A DNA stretch of 64,000 nucleotides from positions 6,751 to 70,750 of the forward strand of contig CAWCSP010000004.1 of assembly GCA_963798215.1 (NCBI GenBank), read 5' to 3'. A program made the translations under genes and the position numbers. The stretch is from an uncultured Acidobacteriota bacterium. GTDB lineage: Bacteria > Acidobacteriota > Thermoanaerobaculia > UBA5066. The notes under the pieces were generated by a model. It did not search any database. It was not told the DNA's origin and worked only from the letters and a program-made list of their open reading frames with translations. Positions 19,433 to 29,181 of the stretch are shown here, one piece after another; position 1 is the stretch's first letter, and each line of letters opens with the position of its first letter.

Positions 19433-19695
19433 TGGTATCGCGCCTGCAGGAAGTCGACGCGGTCGTCACGGACGAGGTAGACCAGACGATGCTCTTCCGT
19501 CAGCCGGCGAGACCACGCGCCCTTGTACAGGTGCCGCAGCGGTTCAGGCTTTCCGATCCCCTCGAAGGGGTCCCGGAGGATCGCGTCGACCAGATCGAGC
19601 GCGCGTAAGGCGATCTTCCGGTTCGAGTCCACCCAGAAGCGGAGATCCTCCAGGAACTCCTTGTGAAAGACGGCGACGCGGTGTCGGCCGCTCAA
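19426..19695 (-). CDS. yoeB: type II toxin YoeB (Txe/YoeB family mRNA interferase)
   Basis: FEGIGKPEPLRHLYKGAWSRRLTEEHRLVY...RYHY closely matches the YoeB consensus. Confidence 0.85.
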   Translation of the reverse strand: MSGRHRVAVFHKEFLEDLRFWVDSNRKIALRALDLVDAILRDPFEGIGKPEPLRHLYKGAWSRRLTEEHRLVYLVRDDRVDFLQARYHY

Positions 19696-19994
19696 CGACC
19701 GCGCTTCGGGCGTGCCGGCGCGAGCCCGAGCTTCTTTCTCAGAGCGTCCGGCGACGAGGCCCTCAGTTTCCGGGTCGTCGCGCGGCTGAGGGCGGCGAGA
19801 AGGCGGGCCGCGTTCTTCGGGGAGCGGAGCAGGTGCGCGGTTTCTTCCAGGCTTCGCAGTTCCGAGGCTGAAACGAGCGCGACGTCCTCCGCGCCACGGC
19901 GGCGAATGATGACGGAGTCGCGGTCGTGCACCACGGAGTCGCAGAGCGAGGCGAAGTGGGCGCGTGCGTGCGTGTAGGTCGTTTCGATGGACAT
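19692..19994 (-). CDS. yefM: type II antitoxin YefM/Phd family
   Basis: The N-terminus MSIETTYTHARAHFASLCDSVVHDRDSVIIRRRG is the Phd/YefM fold. 4-nt overlap with yoeB. Confidence 0.8.
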   Translation of the reverse strand: MSIETTYTHARAHFASLCDSVVHDRDSVIIRRRGAEDVALVSASELRSLEETAHLLRSPKNAARLLAALSRATTRKLRASSPDALRKKLGLAPARPKRGR

Positions 19995-20039
19995 GGGATC
20001 ACCTGTACAGGAAAACGGTACAGGATCATCCCGCGGGAA

Positions 20040-21216
20040 TCAACGGGTGGCCGCCGGACCGCCCTCGGGCGCGCCCTTCTTGTAAACGTCCTCGAAGAAC
20101 GCGAGCGTCCCGTCGGCCGATGCGATCGCCGTCGTGTAGATCAGCCAGACCGGGACGCGCGGCTTCAGGAGGACGACCTTCGGCCTTTCGGCCTCCATCG
20201 CCGCGGAGATCGCGGCGGCGTCCCAGCCGGGCGTGTTCCGGAGCAGGAACGCCGCGAGCGCCGGCGGGTCCGAGACGCGCACGCAGCCGTGCGAGAAGTC
20301 GCGCCGGTCGCGCGAAAAGAGCGACTTCGCCGGCGTGTCGTGGAGGTAGACCGACTCGGGGTTCGGGAAGATGAACTTCACCTTCCCGAGCGAGTTGCGC
20401 GGGCCCGGCTTCTGCCGCACGCCGTACGCGCCGGCGCGGAGCTTCTCCACGTTCTCCGGCGTCGCGGGCAGGCCCGGCGAGGCGTCGTCGTTCGAGGCGC
20501 ACAGCTCGAGCTGGTGCTTGTCGAAGTAGCCGGCGTCCTTCGCGTACGCCGGCAGCATCTCCTTCACGATGATGCTGCGCGGGACGTACCAGTACGGCCG
20601 GAAGACGAGGTGCGAGATCTCTCCGCCGAGGATCGGCGTGTGTGACGTCGCGGCCTTCCCGACGACGACGCGCATCGTGAGCGACGCCTTTTTCCCCCGG
20701 TCGGCGGCCGTCCACGCGTAGAGCTGGTACGACGGGATGTTCACGACGACGAGCGAGTCGCTCTGCGGGACGGGGATCGTCTCGAGCCACTTCAGGGACT
20801 CCTCGATCTCCTCGAGCCGTCTTGCGTACGGAATGTTGAGAGCGGCGAACGTCCCGGCGCCGAGGACGCCGTCGGGTGTGAGGCCGTGGCGGCCCTGGAA
20901 CGCCTTCACGGCGTCGACGAGTGTGCCGCCGTACGTCCCATCGGCGGGGACGGCTGCCGTGGCGGGCAGGTCGCCGAGGTCGCGCAGGATCGCCGCGAGC
21001 GCGGCCGACCCGGCGTACGCGCCGCCCGGGGAGAGCTTCTTCACGGCCGGGAGCGGCCCCGGCCATGGCTTGGCGGCCAGCTCGCGGTAGCGCGGGAGAT
21101 GCGCGGCGAGCCAGTCGTACTGCGCGACGCGCGTGGGTGCGGGAGCCTGCGCGTGCGCTCCGGCGGTGGAGGCGCGAGAGCGCCAAAGTACTGAAAACAA
21201 AGACGAGTCGTCGCAT
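20040..21216 (-). CDS. L,D-transpeptidase (YkuD catalytic domain plus PG-binding domain; LdtD/YcbB-like), N-terminal frameshift
   Basis: PG_binding_1 (TLVDAVKAFQGRHGLTPDGVLG) and YkuD (HGCVRV) motifs. The best signal peptide MRRLVFVFSTLALS starts at the ATG at 21216 in a frame +1 from the mature domain (..STAGAHAQAPAPT), which implies a 1-nt indel near 21170. Confidence 0.7.
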
Positions 21217-21237
21217 ATGTGGCGGGGAGGTTGTTCG

Positions 21238-21858
21238 ATGTGCCGCCCGCTGTCAAAATCCCCGGCCTTGAAGGGCCCCCTCGACCTTTCCCGGCGCCGC
21301 CTCTTCACCTCTTCGTTCGCCGCGGCGGCCGCCATCCTCCTCCCGAGCCCGCTGAAGGCTTCGCTGGAGAAGCTCGCCCGAGAGTCGGCGAAGGAGGGCG
21401 ACGTCCGCTCGCTCGCGTTCCACAACACGCATACCGGCGAGCGCATCGAAACCGTTTACTCGGTCAGCGGCCGCTACCGGGAGTCCGGGCTCACGGCGAT
21501 CGACTGGATCCTCCGCGACCACCGCACGAACGAGGTCGCGCGCATCGACCCGAAGCTCCTCGACCTGCTGCACGTCCTGCGCGAGCAGGCGACGGTCGCG
21601 GGAGCGCCGAACCCGGGCGTTTACGAGATCATCTCCGGCTACCGCTCGCCGTACTCGAACGAGATGCTGAGAAACCGCTCCGGCGCCGTCGCGCGGCACA
21701 GCCTGCACCTCAAGGGCATGGCGGCCGACGTGCGGCTCACGGGCGTGCCCCTTCCCCGGCTCCACGCGGCCGCGCTCGACCTGAAGCGCGGCGGCGTCGG
21801 CTACTACCCCGGCGACGACTTCGTGCACCTGGACACCGGGCGCGTGAGGAGCTGGTGA
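21238..21858 (+). CDS. DUF882 / peptidase M15-like murein L,D-endopeptidase (MepK/YcbK-like) with Tat signal
   Basis: Twin-arginine signal SRRRLFTSSFAAAAA. C-terminal HLKGMAADV...GGVGYYPGDDFVHLD metal-binding motifs of the YcbK family. Divergent from the ldtD-like gene, as ldtD/mepK are in E. coli. Confidence 0.75.
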   Translation: MCRPLSKSPALKGPLDLSRRRLFTSSFAAAAAILLPSPLKASLEKLARESAKEGDVRSLAFHNTHTGERIETVYSVSGRYRESGLTAIDWILRDHRTNEVARIDPKLLDLLHVLREQATVAGAPNPGVYEIISGYRSPYSNEMLRNRSGAVARHSLHLKGMAADVRLTGVPLPRLHAAALDLKRGGVGYYPGDDFVHLDTGRVRSW

Positions 21859-21930
21859 CGGAACTCTGGTCCGCTGGCCCGCTGCGTTGACGGGCCACCC
21901 CGAAGGGGTCAGAATGACCTGAGAGGTCAT

Positions 21931-22224
21931 ATGAGTGCCCGGTCGATTCGTCCCGTTTCCGTCGTCGAAGCGAAAGCTAGGTTCTCCGAAGTGGTCCGCG
22001 AGGCCGAGGCCGGCGCCATCGTCATGATCCGCCGCCATGGCCGGAACGTCGCGGCCGTGGTGCCTGCGAACGACGCGGAACGGATGAGTCGGCTTCGGGC
22101 CGCGGGGCCGGAAAAAGGGCTCGCGGCGGTCGCGGGCGGCTGGAAGGGCTCCGAGGAGCTCGTCTCGCAGGTCCGCGCGATCCGACGGACGCCTCCGCGC
22201 CGGCGGCCGCGTCTCGAGGGCTGA
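21931..22224 (+). CDS. vapB: type II antitoxin (Phd/YefM-type, VapB role)
   Basis: VVEAKARFSEVVREAEAGAIVMIRRHGRNVAAVVP is a Phd-family antitoxin. Lies immediately upstream of the PIN gene. Confidence 0.75.
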   Translation: MSARSIRPVSVVEAKARFSEVVREAEAGAIVMIRRHGRNVAAVVPANDAERMSRLRAAGPEKGLAAVAGGWKGSEELVSQVRAIRRTPPRRRPRLEG

Positions 22225-22719
22225 GTGGCCTTTCTTTTCGACACGGACGCGGTTTCGGAGGTCCTCCGAAAGCGGCCGGCGCCTCTCTATCTCGAGTGGC
22301 TGCGCAAGGTGCCGCGGGAAGACCAGTTCACGAGCGCGGTGGTCGCTGCCGAGCTTTACAAGGGTGCGTTTCGGTCTGAACGTGTGAGGTTCCATCTCGA
22401 GAACATCGAGAAGCTCGTCCTGCCGAGCGTTACGGTCCTTCCCTTCGACGTGGCGGTCGCCCGCGTCTACGGCGAGATCGAGGCGGGGCTGAGGAAAGGT
22501 GGCCGCCCGCTCGCCGACGCGGACATCCAGATCGCCGCCACCGCGATCCGCCATGGACTCGAGCTCGTGACGGGGAACGTCCGGCACTTCGAGCGGGTGC
22601 CTGGACTCATCATCCACATGGCCCTCGCAAGCGCGCGGCTCGCCCCGACGCCCCCTCGCCGCGCGCGCGGCCCGCTTTCCGCGAGCGAAGCGCTCCGCCG
22701 GCAACGTGAAGAGGATTGA
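22225..22719 (+). CDS. vapC: PIN-domain toxin VapC
   Basis: FLFDTDAVSE acidic N-terminal motif, the later D in ADADIQIAATAI, and GNVRHFERVPGL. Has a C-terminal extension of about 30 aa. Confidence 0.8.
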   Translation: MAFLFDTDAVSEVLRKRPAPLYLEWLRKVPREDQFTSAVVAAELYKGAFRSERVRFHLENIEKLVLPSVTVLPFDVAVARVYGEIEAGLRKGGRPLADADIQIAATAIRHGLELVTGNVRHFERVPGLIIHMALASARLAPTPPRRARGPLSASEALRRQREED

Positions 22720-23582
22720 AGTGCTACCGCGCGAGCCTGTTCGCGCTCTTCGTTCTCGTCTCCTGTGCACCCGCGCCGGCGCCACGCACGACGGCGCCCG
22801 TCGCGTCAGAAGCGCCGGCGATCGCGGCGGGCGTCACGCACCGCACGATCGTCAGAACGCAGCCGACGCCGCTCGTCGCGCACGTCGTGACGATCGACCT
22901 CGCGAAGGCGCCGGGCGGCCTGAAGGTCGTCGTCGAGCGTGGCCCGGACGGCCTCGTCGCCGCGACGGTGAGCCGGCTCGCCGGACTGAACGGGCTCGTT
23001 CTGGCCGTGAACGCGGGCTTCTTCGAGGTGCCCGGCGGAACTTACCCGAAGGCTGGCGAGCGGGCCGAGCCGGCGGGGGCTCTGATCCTCGACGGCGCGA
23101 GGATCGCGCCGAAGGATTCCAGCCTCGGCCTGCTGGACGGCGGGCTCTGCATCGACGGACGGAAGGTCTGGATCGAGAAGGGCTTCACGTGCAAGGGCGC
23201 GCGCTACGGCCTCGCGTCCGGCCCGCTGCTGCTCTGGCACGGCGAAGCGGTCGACACGGATTTCGCGGACAAGATCTTCAAGTCCCTCCGCCACCCGCGC
23301 ACGGCCGTCGGCGTGGACTCGGCGAAGCAGAAGGCGTGGCTCCTCGTCGTCGACGGCCGCCAGCCCGGCGTCTCCGAAGGCGCGACGCTGGACGAGCTGA
23401 AGCAGATGCTGAAGGACGAGGGCGCGGTCGACGCGCTGAACCTCGACGGCGGCGGATCGTCGACGCTCGTCGCGAGGAGCCCGGACGGCAGCCTGAAGGT
23501 GCTCAACGTCCCCGTCCACGATCACGTTCCCGGCCGCGAGCGGCCGGTGGTGAGTGCGGTGGGAGTCGGAGTTGCGCCCTAA
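22716..23582 (+). CDS. phosphodiester glycosidase family lipoprotein (NAGPA/DUF2233-like)
   Basis: TTG start after gaagagga. Lipobox LVSC. C-terminal NLDGGGSSTLV motif of the family. Confidence 0.6.
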   Translation: MKCYRASLFALFVLVSCAPAPAPRTTAPVASEAPAIAAGVTHRTIVRTQPTPLVAHVVTIDLAKAPGGLKVVVERGPDGLVAATVSRLAGLNGLVLAVNAGFFEVPGGTYPKAGERAEPAGALILDGARIAPKDSSLGLLDGGLCIDGRKVWIEKGFTCKGARYGLASGPLLLWHGEAVDTDFADKIFKSLRHPRTAVGVDSAKQKAWLLVVDGRQPGVSEGATLDELKQMLKDEGAVDALNLDGGGSSTLVARSPDGSLKVLNVPVHDHVPGRERPVVSAVGVGVAP

Positions 23583-23598
23583 CGGTCCTCCGCGGTAG

Positions 23599-23874
23599 CT
23601 ATACCGCTGGCCGCTGCGCCAGCGACTTGAACCACCAACGCATTGCAACCGGAGCCTTCCCGGAGAGCGCGACCGCGACGTGGAGGACGCTCTTTTCGAA
23701 GTCCGCGAAGGTCGAGCCTTCGAGAGCTGACGAGCGTCGGTTCGGGGAGAAATCAACCTCCGCCACGACGTAGGAATCCCCGTCTCTTACTGTGACGGTC
23801 GAACCAACGATCTCGGATGACCACCCCTTCGCCATTGCCCACTCGCAGGCGATGGCACTGGCATCGAGTGCCAT
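23599..23874 (-). CDS. hypothetical protein in low-GC islet (weak call)
   Basis: 91-aa ORF (MALDASAIACEW...). No recognisable domain. Lies in a region of atypical composition. Confidence 0.2.
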   Translation of the reverse strand: MALDASAIACEWAMAKGWSSEIVGSTVTVRDGDSYVVAEVDFSPNRRSSALEGSTFADFEKSVLHVAVALSGKAPVAMRWWFKSLAQRPAV

Positions 23875-24827
23875 TGCATCTCCTACGCCCCGCGATGCTC
23901 GCCGTTCATGGAGTGAGCCTAACCTGGTACCGAAGGGCGAGGCCAGTCGAGGAGGCCATTCGATCCGATCCCTCTTCTGCAGGTTGTGGCGGCGACAGAG
24001 AAGGCCGAATGTTCTGAGCTGAGAGTGACGTACCGCCCTTGAGAACGGTAGATCGTGGCGTCGAAGTGCAGGTTGTCGGACGAGCCGCAGAGGCAACACT
24101 TACCCTTAGTCCCTCTTCCAGACCTCGACTTTCACAGCGGACGGGATGCAGGCTGTGTGCTCAAGCTCGTTGAGTGAGCGGTCGTCTTGGACGTCGACGT
24201 CAACCTCTCGGATCTCCAGCCTGAACTTGAATCACCCATCCTGTGCCCGTCAGATGTTCGACTTCCACGCGCCAGTCAGAGCAAAGACCGGCTCTTGAAG
24301 GTCCGATGCCATTCGCTCGACAAATCTTCTCGTAGAGCACGAACGAAGTCGGGTGGCTCGGCCGCCAAGTCGCGGCTCGGCGTTTGCCGCCGCTGTCGAA
24401 GGACGAGTCCGGCGGGGTGCGAAGCGGGGGATCTTCCAGGATTTGGCGATGCGATCCGGCTGGTCCATCGACTCGGCGGCTGCCGACCGCAGTCGAACGC
24501 CACGTCGCTGAGGACGTCGGGTGCCGTTCGTAAACCGACGGACTTGCGCCCTCGAAGGCCTTCGTAATTTCCGCGCGGTTTGTAACCGTCGATGTAAGGA
24601 AGGTTGCGCCTCGCGGCGGATCGCACTGAGTTCTGGTGATTGAATTCGATCGAGCCGTGCGAACGTCCATGTAGCCGTTCACGGAGGACGCGGTTCTTCT
24701 CATGATTGGGCTAGAGCCCGCCAACTCGGCAACACAGCATTTCCTGAAGCGAAACGGACCGTCGCCTCGACTTCATCGAGGACCAGGCTGATTGATCAAT
24801 GGGTGTTTTTCAACCAGGCTAGATGCT

Positions 24828-25919
24828 CTAGGCGTCCCTCTTGTACAGGTACGCCGACTCCAGCACCCTCACGCCGTCGTTGTCGCCGACGACGTACTTG
24901 CTGCCGCTCCAGAGGGCGGCGCCGGCGGTTCGTCCCTTCGCGTCGACCGCATAGAAATTGACGTTGAACTTCGGGCGGCCCTTCGCGTCGCGGTGGCGGG
25001 GGACACGGTGCGTCTTCTCGTCGATGCGCCTGAGCGCGACGAGGCAGGCCTCCTCCACGCTCTTGCCCTGCCGCATGGCCTCGACGACCGTGTGCGAGCC
25101 GCACGACACGAGGTTCGCCTCGCCTCGCCCGGTGGACCCGCAGCTCCCGACGCCGTTTTCCGTGTAGATGCCCGCGCCGACGACGGCCGAGTCGCCGACG
25201 CGCCCCGGCATCTTGAAGAAGAGGCCGGACGTCGTCGTGACACCGACGAGGTCGCCGTTCGCGCTCCTCACGGACATGTGGATCGTGCCCTGCGGGCGGA
25301 AGTCGGCGTCGCCGTACTTCCGGATGAACTCCTTGATGTCGGGGTCCTCGGCCTCCTTGCCGCTCTCGATCCAGTCGTCGTTGGCCGAGAGGCGCTCCTT
25401 CCAGTAGAGCCAGATCTTCCGCGACTTCGGCGTGAGGAGGTCCTCGGGCGCGAAGCCGTGCGCGCTCGCGAACTTCGCCGCGCCCGCGCCGACGAGGAAC
25501 ACGCGGTCCGTGCGCTCCATGACCAGCTTCGCGACCCTCGACGGCGTCTTGACGCCCTCGAGCGCGCCGACGGCGCCCGCGCGCATCGTGCGCCCGTCCA
25601 TGACGCACGCGTCGAGTTGGACGACGCCTTCCTCGTTCGGAATGCCGCCGTACCCGACGCTCATGTCGTTCGGGTCGAGCTCGTTGATGTTGACGCCTGC
25701 GATCGCGGCGTCGAGCGGGTCGGTGCCCTGGATGAGCGCCTGGCGCGCGGCCTTCGCGGCCTCGACGCCGTTCGCGGACGTCACGAGGACGTAGCCGGCG
25801 GGGGAGGGCGCGTTACCGCCCTGGGCCTGGAGCTTCTCTTCGAACGGGAATGGCGGGAGGAGGCTCGCGGCGCCTGCCGCGGCCGCGGCCTTGAGGAGCT
25901 GGCGGCGGGTTTTCGGCAT
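24828..25919 (-). CDS. Ntn-hydrolase asparaginase / N4-(beta-N-acetylglucosaminyl)-L-asparaginase-like, Tat-secreted
   Basis: Tat signal MPKTRRQLLKAAAAAG. Asparaginase_2 motifs: the GTIHMSV autoproteolytic Thr region and GAGIYTENGVGSCGSTGRGE. Confidence 0.85.
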   Translation of the reverse strand: MPKTRRQLLKAAAAAGAASLLPPFPFEEKLQAQGGNAPSPAGYVLVTSANGVEAAKAARQALIQGTDPLDAAIAGVNINELDPNDMSVGYGGIPNEEGVVQLDACVMDGRTMRAGAVGALEGVKTPSRVAKLVMERTDRVFLVGAGAAKFASAHGFAPEDLLTPKSRKIWLYWKERLSANDDWIESGKEAEDPDIKEFIRKYGDADFRPQGTIHMSVRSANGDLVGVTTTSGLFFKMPGRVGDSAVVGAGIYTENGVGSCGSTGRGEANLVSCGSHTVVEAMRQGKSVEEACLVALRRIDEKTHRVPRHRDAKGRPKFNVNFYAVDAKGRTAGAALWSGSKYVVGDNDGVRVLESAYLYKRDA

Positions 25920-25928
25920 CCGGGGAGG

Positions 25929-26339
25929 TTACTCCTCCGGCAGCTCCGTCTCCTCTTCCTCGGCGCGCATGGCGCCGGGAAGCGCGTAATTCAGGACGAG
26001 CTGGCCGAGATTCTGCGAGAACGTCGAGCGCGGCAGCACCTGGTCGCAGCCGGACTTCTTCGCCCGCTCGATCAGCTCGAGCTGTTTGTGCTCGCAGTAG
26101 CCGACGATCATGATGCCCTTCGTCTTCGGGGCCTTCTTGAGCGCCGCGATCGCGGGCACGGGGTCTTCCTTGAGCGCGAGGTCGACGAGGACGAGGCCGA
26201 CGCGCGTCGGGTCAGCCCGCTTCTCGAGCTCCTTCGGCGAGTCCAGAAAGACGCCGGGCGTCTGGCTGGATTTCAACGCGTGATCGATCTTCGTTCTCCA
26301 GAAGAGGTCGTCTGTCAGGACGAGCACGGTGCGATTCAT
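25929..26339 (-). CDS. stand-alone CheY-like receiver domain protein
   Basis: The pattern VLVLTDD...LVLVDLAL...IMIVGY is an alpha/beta receiver fold. 136 aa. Confidence 0.55.
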   Translation of the reverse strand: MNRTVLVLTDDLFWRTKIDHALKSSQTPGVFLDSPKELEKRADPTRVGLVLVDLALKEDPVPAIAALKKAPKTKGIMIVGYCEHKQLELIERAKKSGCDQVLPRSTFSQNLGQLVLNYALPGAMRAEEEETELPEE

Positions 26340-26550
26340 GGTCCCTCCTCGGAGAAAACAGACCCCGGACCCGGGGATCCGGACCGTCTAATGGGACTGC
26401 GTCACACTGAAGTATAGCCGCGGGAGGCGTTTCCCGTTCGACAATCCGGCTGCGGGAGTGTCAGACTCCGCGCGTTTCCATGACCGAATCTCGCCGAATG
26501 CACCGGCCGGCCGGACCCGCGACCCGCGGTGCAAGGAGGATTTTTTTCGC

Positions 26551-28599
26551 ATGAGCGACAAGGAATTCAAGCCCTACGTTCCCGCCGACTCCCAGATGCG
26601 GGAGTTCACGTGGCGGGCTCTCATCCTGGGCCTCGTGATGTGCGTCATCCTCGGCGCCGCGAACGCCTACCTCGGCCTGAAGGCCGGGATGACGATCGCC
26701 GCGACGTACCCGGCGGCCGTCATCGGGATGGCGGTCCTCCGCATCTTCAAGGGTTCGCTCCTCGAGGAGAACTTCGCCCGAACCGTCGGATCGATCGGCG
26801 AGTCGGTCGCGGCCGGCGCGATCTTCACGATCCCGGCGTTCGTGATCCTGAACATGTGGCAGTTCAAGGGCTTCCAGCTCTCGGAGTACCTGACGGCCAC
26901 GGCCCTGATGATCGTGGGCGGCATCCTCGGCATCCTGTTCGTGACGATCCTCCGCCGCGTGATGGTCGAGGACCGGTCGCTGCCGTTCCCCGAGTCCGTC
27001 GCCGCCTCCGAGATCCACAAGGCCGGCCAGCGCGGCGCCGACGCGGCCATGCAGCTCTTCAAGGCGATGGGCATCGGTGCCTTGATCAAGCTCCTCGACG
27101 CGCTCTCGGTCTTCCACTCGTCGAACGACTTCCAGATGTCGGTCGGAAAGTGGAAGGAGAGCTTCGTCCGCCTCGGGATGACGAAGGACGCGAAGACGAT
27201 CACCGCGGGCGGCGTGACGACGCTTTCGGCGCCCGCCGCGACGCCGGCCTACATCGGCGTCGGCTACATCATCGGTCCCGAGCTCGGCGCGCTGAACTTC
27301 GCCGGAGGCGTGCTCTCGTGGGGCCTCTTCGTGCCCCTTCTCATCTTCTTCCTCGGGCCCTCGCGCATCGACTCGTACCTCGCGACGACGGCGGGCGACC
27401 AGGCGCGGGCGTGGGCGCTCATGACGTCGGACCTCTACCGCTACATCGTCAAGCCGATCGCCGTCGGCGGGATGCTCGTCGGTGCCTGCTACACGCTGTT
27501 CCGGATGCGGAAGAACCTGATCGCCGGGATCAAGCGCGGCGTCCAGGACGTCCAGAAGTCGGCGGCCGCCGCGCAGTCCACGGAGCGGACCGAGCGCGAC
27601 CTGAGTTTCAAGACGGTCCTGCTCGGCATCGGACTGGTCTTCATCCTCATGGTCGGTCTCTACTTTTACTTCACGGGCGTCCTCGGCGGCGCATTCCTCG
27701 CCGCGCTCGTCATGCTCGTGACGGGCTTCTTCTTCGCCGCGGTCTCGGGGAACCTCGTCGGGCTGATCGGCTCGTCGAACAACCCGATCTCGGGCCTCAC
27801 GCTCGCGACGACGATCGTCGCGGCCCTCACGATGGTCATCATCGGCGTCAAGGGCTCGCAGGGCGTCGCGGCCGTCCTCGGCGTCGCGGCGGTCGTCTGC
27901 GTCTCGTCGGCGGTCGCAGGCGAGATGCTGCAGGACCTCAAGGTCGGGCACATCCTCGGCGGCACGCCGTGGAAGATGCAGATCGGGGACCTGATCGGCG
28001 TCGTCGTGGCCGGCGCGGTGATGTTCTTCCCGCTCTACATCCTGCACGTCTCCGACCTGAAGGCGAACCCGCTCGTCGGGGGCTTCGGCGGCAAGAACCT
28101 CCCCGCGCCGCAGGCGGGCCTCATGGCGGCCCTCTCGCAGGGCATCGTGGGCGGCGAGATGGCCTGGCCGCTCGTCGTCGTCGGGATCGCGATGGGGATT
28201 TCGCTCATTCTGATCAAGGTGCGGAGCCCGATGCTCTTCGCCGTCGGCATGTATCTCCCGCTCGAGACGACATTCGCGATCTTCGTCGGCGGCCTGATCC
28301 GCGGAGCCGTGGAGAGGGCGGCCGCGAAACGCGCCTACAACGCGGCACAGAAGGCACGTGTCGAGAACGCGGGGGTCCTCGTCGCGTCGGGATTCATCGC
28401 GGGCGAGGCGCTCATGGGCCTCGGCGTGGCGGCCGTCGTCTTCTTTGCCGGGAAGTTCCCCGAGATCGTCGCATTCGCGGGCATTGCCGGCTGGCTCGCG
28501 ATCCCCGTCTTCGCGATCCTCGCGCTCTACCTCATCCTCGTTCCGCTTTCGAAGGCCGGGTCGCCCGACGAACCGGCTCCTCCGACGGCAATGATGTAG
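26551..28599 (+). CDS. OPT family oligopeptide transporter
   Basis: ATG after aaggagga. About 15 TM helices. OPT signatures such as NAYLGLKAGMTIAATYPAAV. Confidence 0.85.
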   Translation: MSDKEFKPYVPADSQMREFTWRALILGLVMCVILGAANAYLGLKAGMTIAATYPAAVIGMAVLRIFKGSLLEENFARTVGSIGESVAAGAIFTIPAFVILNMWQFKGFQLSEYLTATALMIVGGILGILFVTILRRVMVEDRSLPFPESVAASEIHKAGQRGADAAMQLFKAMGIGALIKLLDALSVFHSSNDFQMSVGKWKESFVRLGMTKDAKTITAGGVTTLSAPAATPAYIGVGYIIGPELGALNFAGGVLSWGLFVPLLIFFLGPSRIDSYLATTAGDQARAWALMTSDLYRYIVKPIAVGGMLVGACYTLFRMRKNLIAGIKRGVQDVQKSAAAAQSTERTERDLSFKTVLLGIGLVFILMVGLYFYFTGVLGGAFLAALVMLVTGFFFAAVSGNLVGLIGSSNNPISGLTLATTIVAALTMVIIGVKGSQGVAAVLGVAAVVCVSSAVAGEMLQDLKVGHILGGTPWKMQIGDLIGVVVAGAVMFFPLYILHVSDLKANPLVGGFGGKNLPAPQAGLMAALSQGIVGGEMAWPLVVVGIAMGISLILIKVRSPMLFAVGMYLPLETTFAIFVGGLIRGAVERAAAKRAYNAAQKARVENAGVLVASGFIAGEALMGLGVAAVVFFAGKFPEIVAFAGIAGWLAIPVFAILALYLILVPLSKAGSPDEPAPPTAMM

Positions 28600-28637
28600 G
28601 GGACGGGCGGGGGGCCGGCTTTCGCCGTCGGTCCCCC

Positions 28638-28730
28638 CGCTCCTTCGCGCGTGAACTCGCTTCGCCGAGCATCATGCAGGGGCTCCTCGACTCCGACCCT
28701 CCTGCTCCTTCGCGCATGAACTCGCTTCGC
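28638..28730 (+). repeat. 27-bp near-perfect direct repeat (gctccttcgcgcRtgaactcgcttcgc) x2, 65 bp apart
   Basis: Copy 1 at 28638-28665 and copy 2 at 28703-28730, with one mismatch. Lies between the OPT gene and the DUF2752 gene. Confidence 0.4.
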
Positions 28731-28739
28731 TCAGACAGC

Positions 28740-29024
28740 ATGCGCGTGCGTCGCAGGAGGATCGGAGCTCTCGTCGCCTTTCTATTCGCAGGGACTCTTC
28801 TCTTCTTCTACGACCCCGCGACGGCTGGTTTCTATCCTCCGTGCCTGTTCCGGACGTTCCTCGGCATGCAGTGCCCGGGCTGCGGCAGCCTCAGGGCAGC
28901 ACACCAGCTCCTCCACGGGAATTTCAAAGAGGCCTGGATGCTCAACCCGACGATCATGGTTGTGGCGCCGCTCGCCGCGCTCGCCGGCCTTCTCACCCTT
29001 TTAAGAAATCCGAAAGCGCCGTAG
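28740..29024 (+). CDS. DUF2752 family small membrane protein
   Basis: CPGCGSLRAAHQLLHGNF motif flanked by two TM helices, characteristic of DUF2752. Alternative start at 28716. Confidence 0.6.
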   Translation: MRVRRRRIGALVAFLFAGTLLFFYDPATAGFYPPCLFRTFLGMQCPGCGSLRAAHQLLHGNFKEAWMLNPTIMVVAPLAALAGLLTLLRNPKAP

Positions 29025-29181
29025 CGACCTTCCGAGGCGTCACAGGACGGTGCACTGTCCCCTCCACGCTGCACCAAATCGGGTGGCGCGTGAGGATGGT
29101 CACGCGATTTCGGCTGGCACGGCCTTGCTCTTATCGAATCGTCCGGGGCGAGACGGCCCGGGGCAGAAAGTGAGGCCGATC

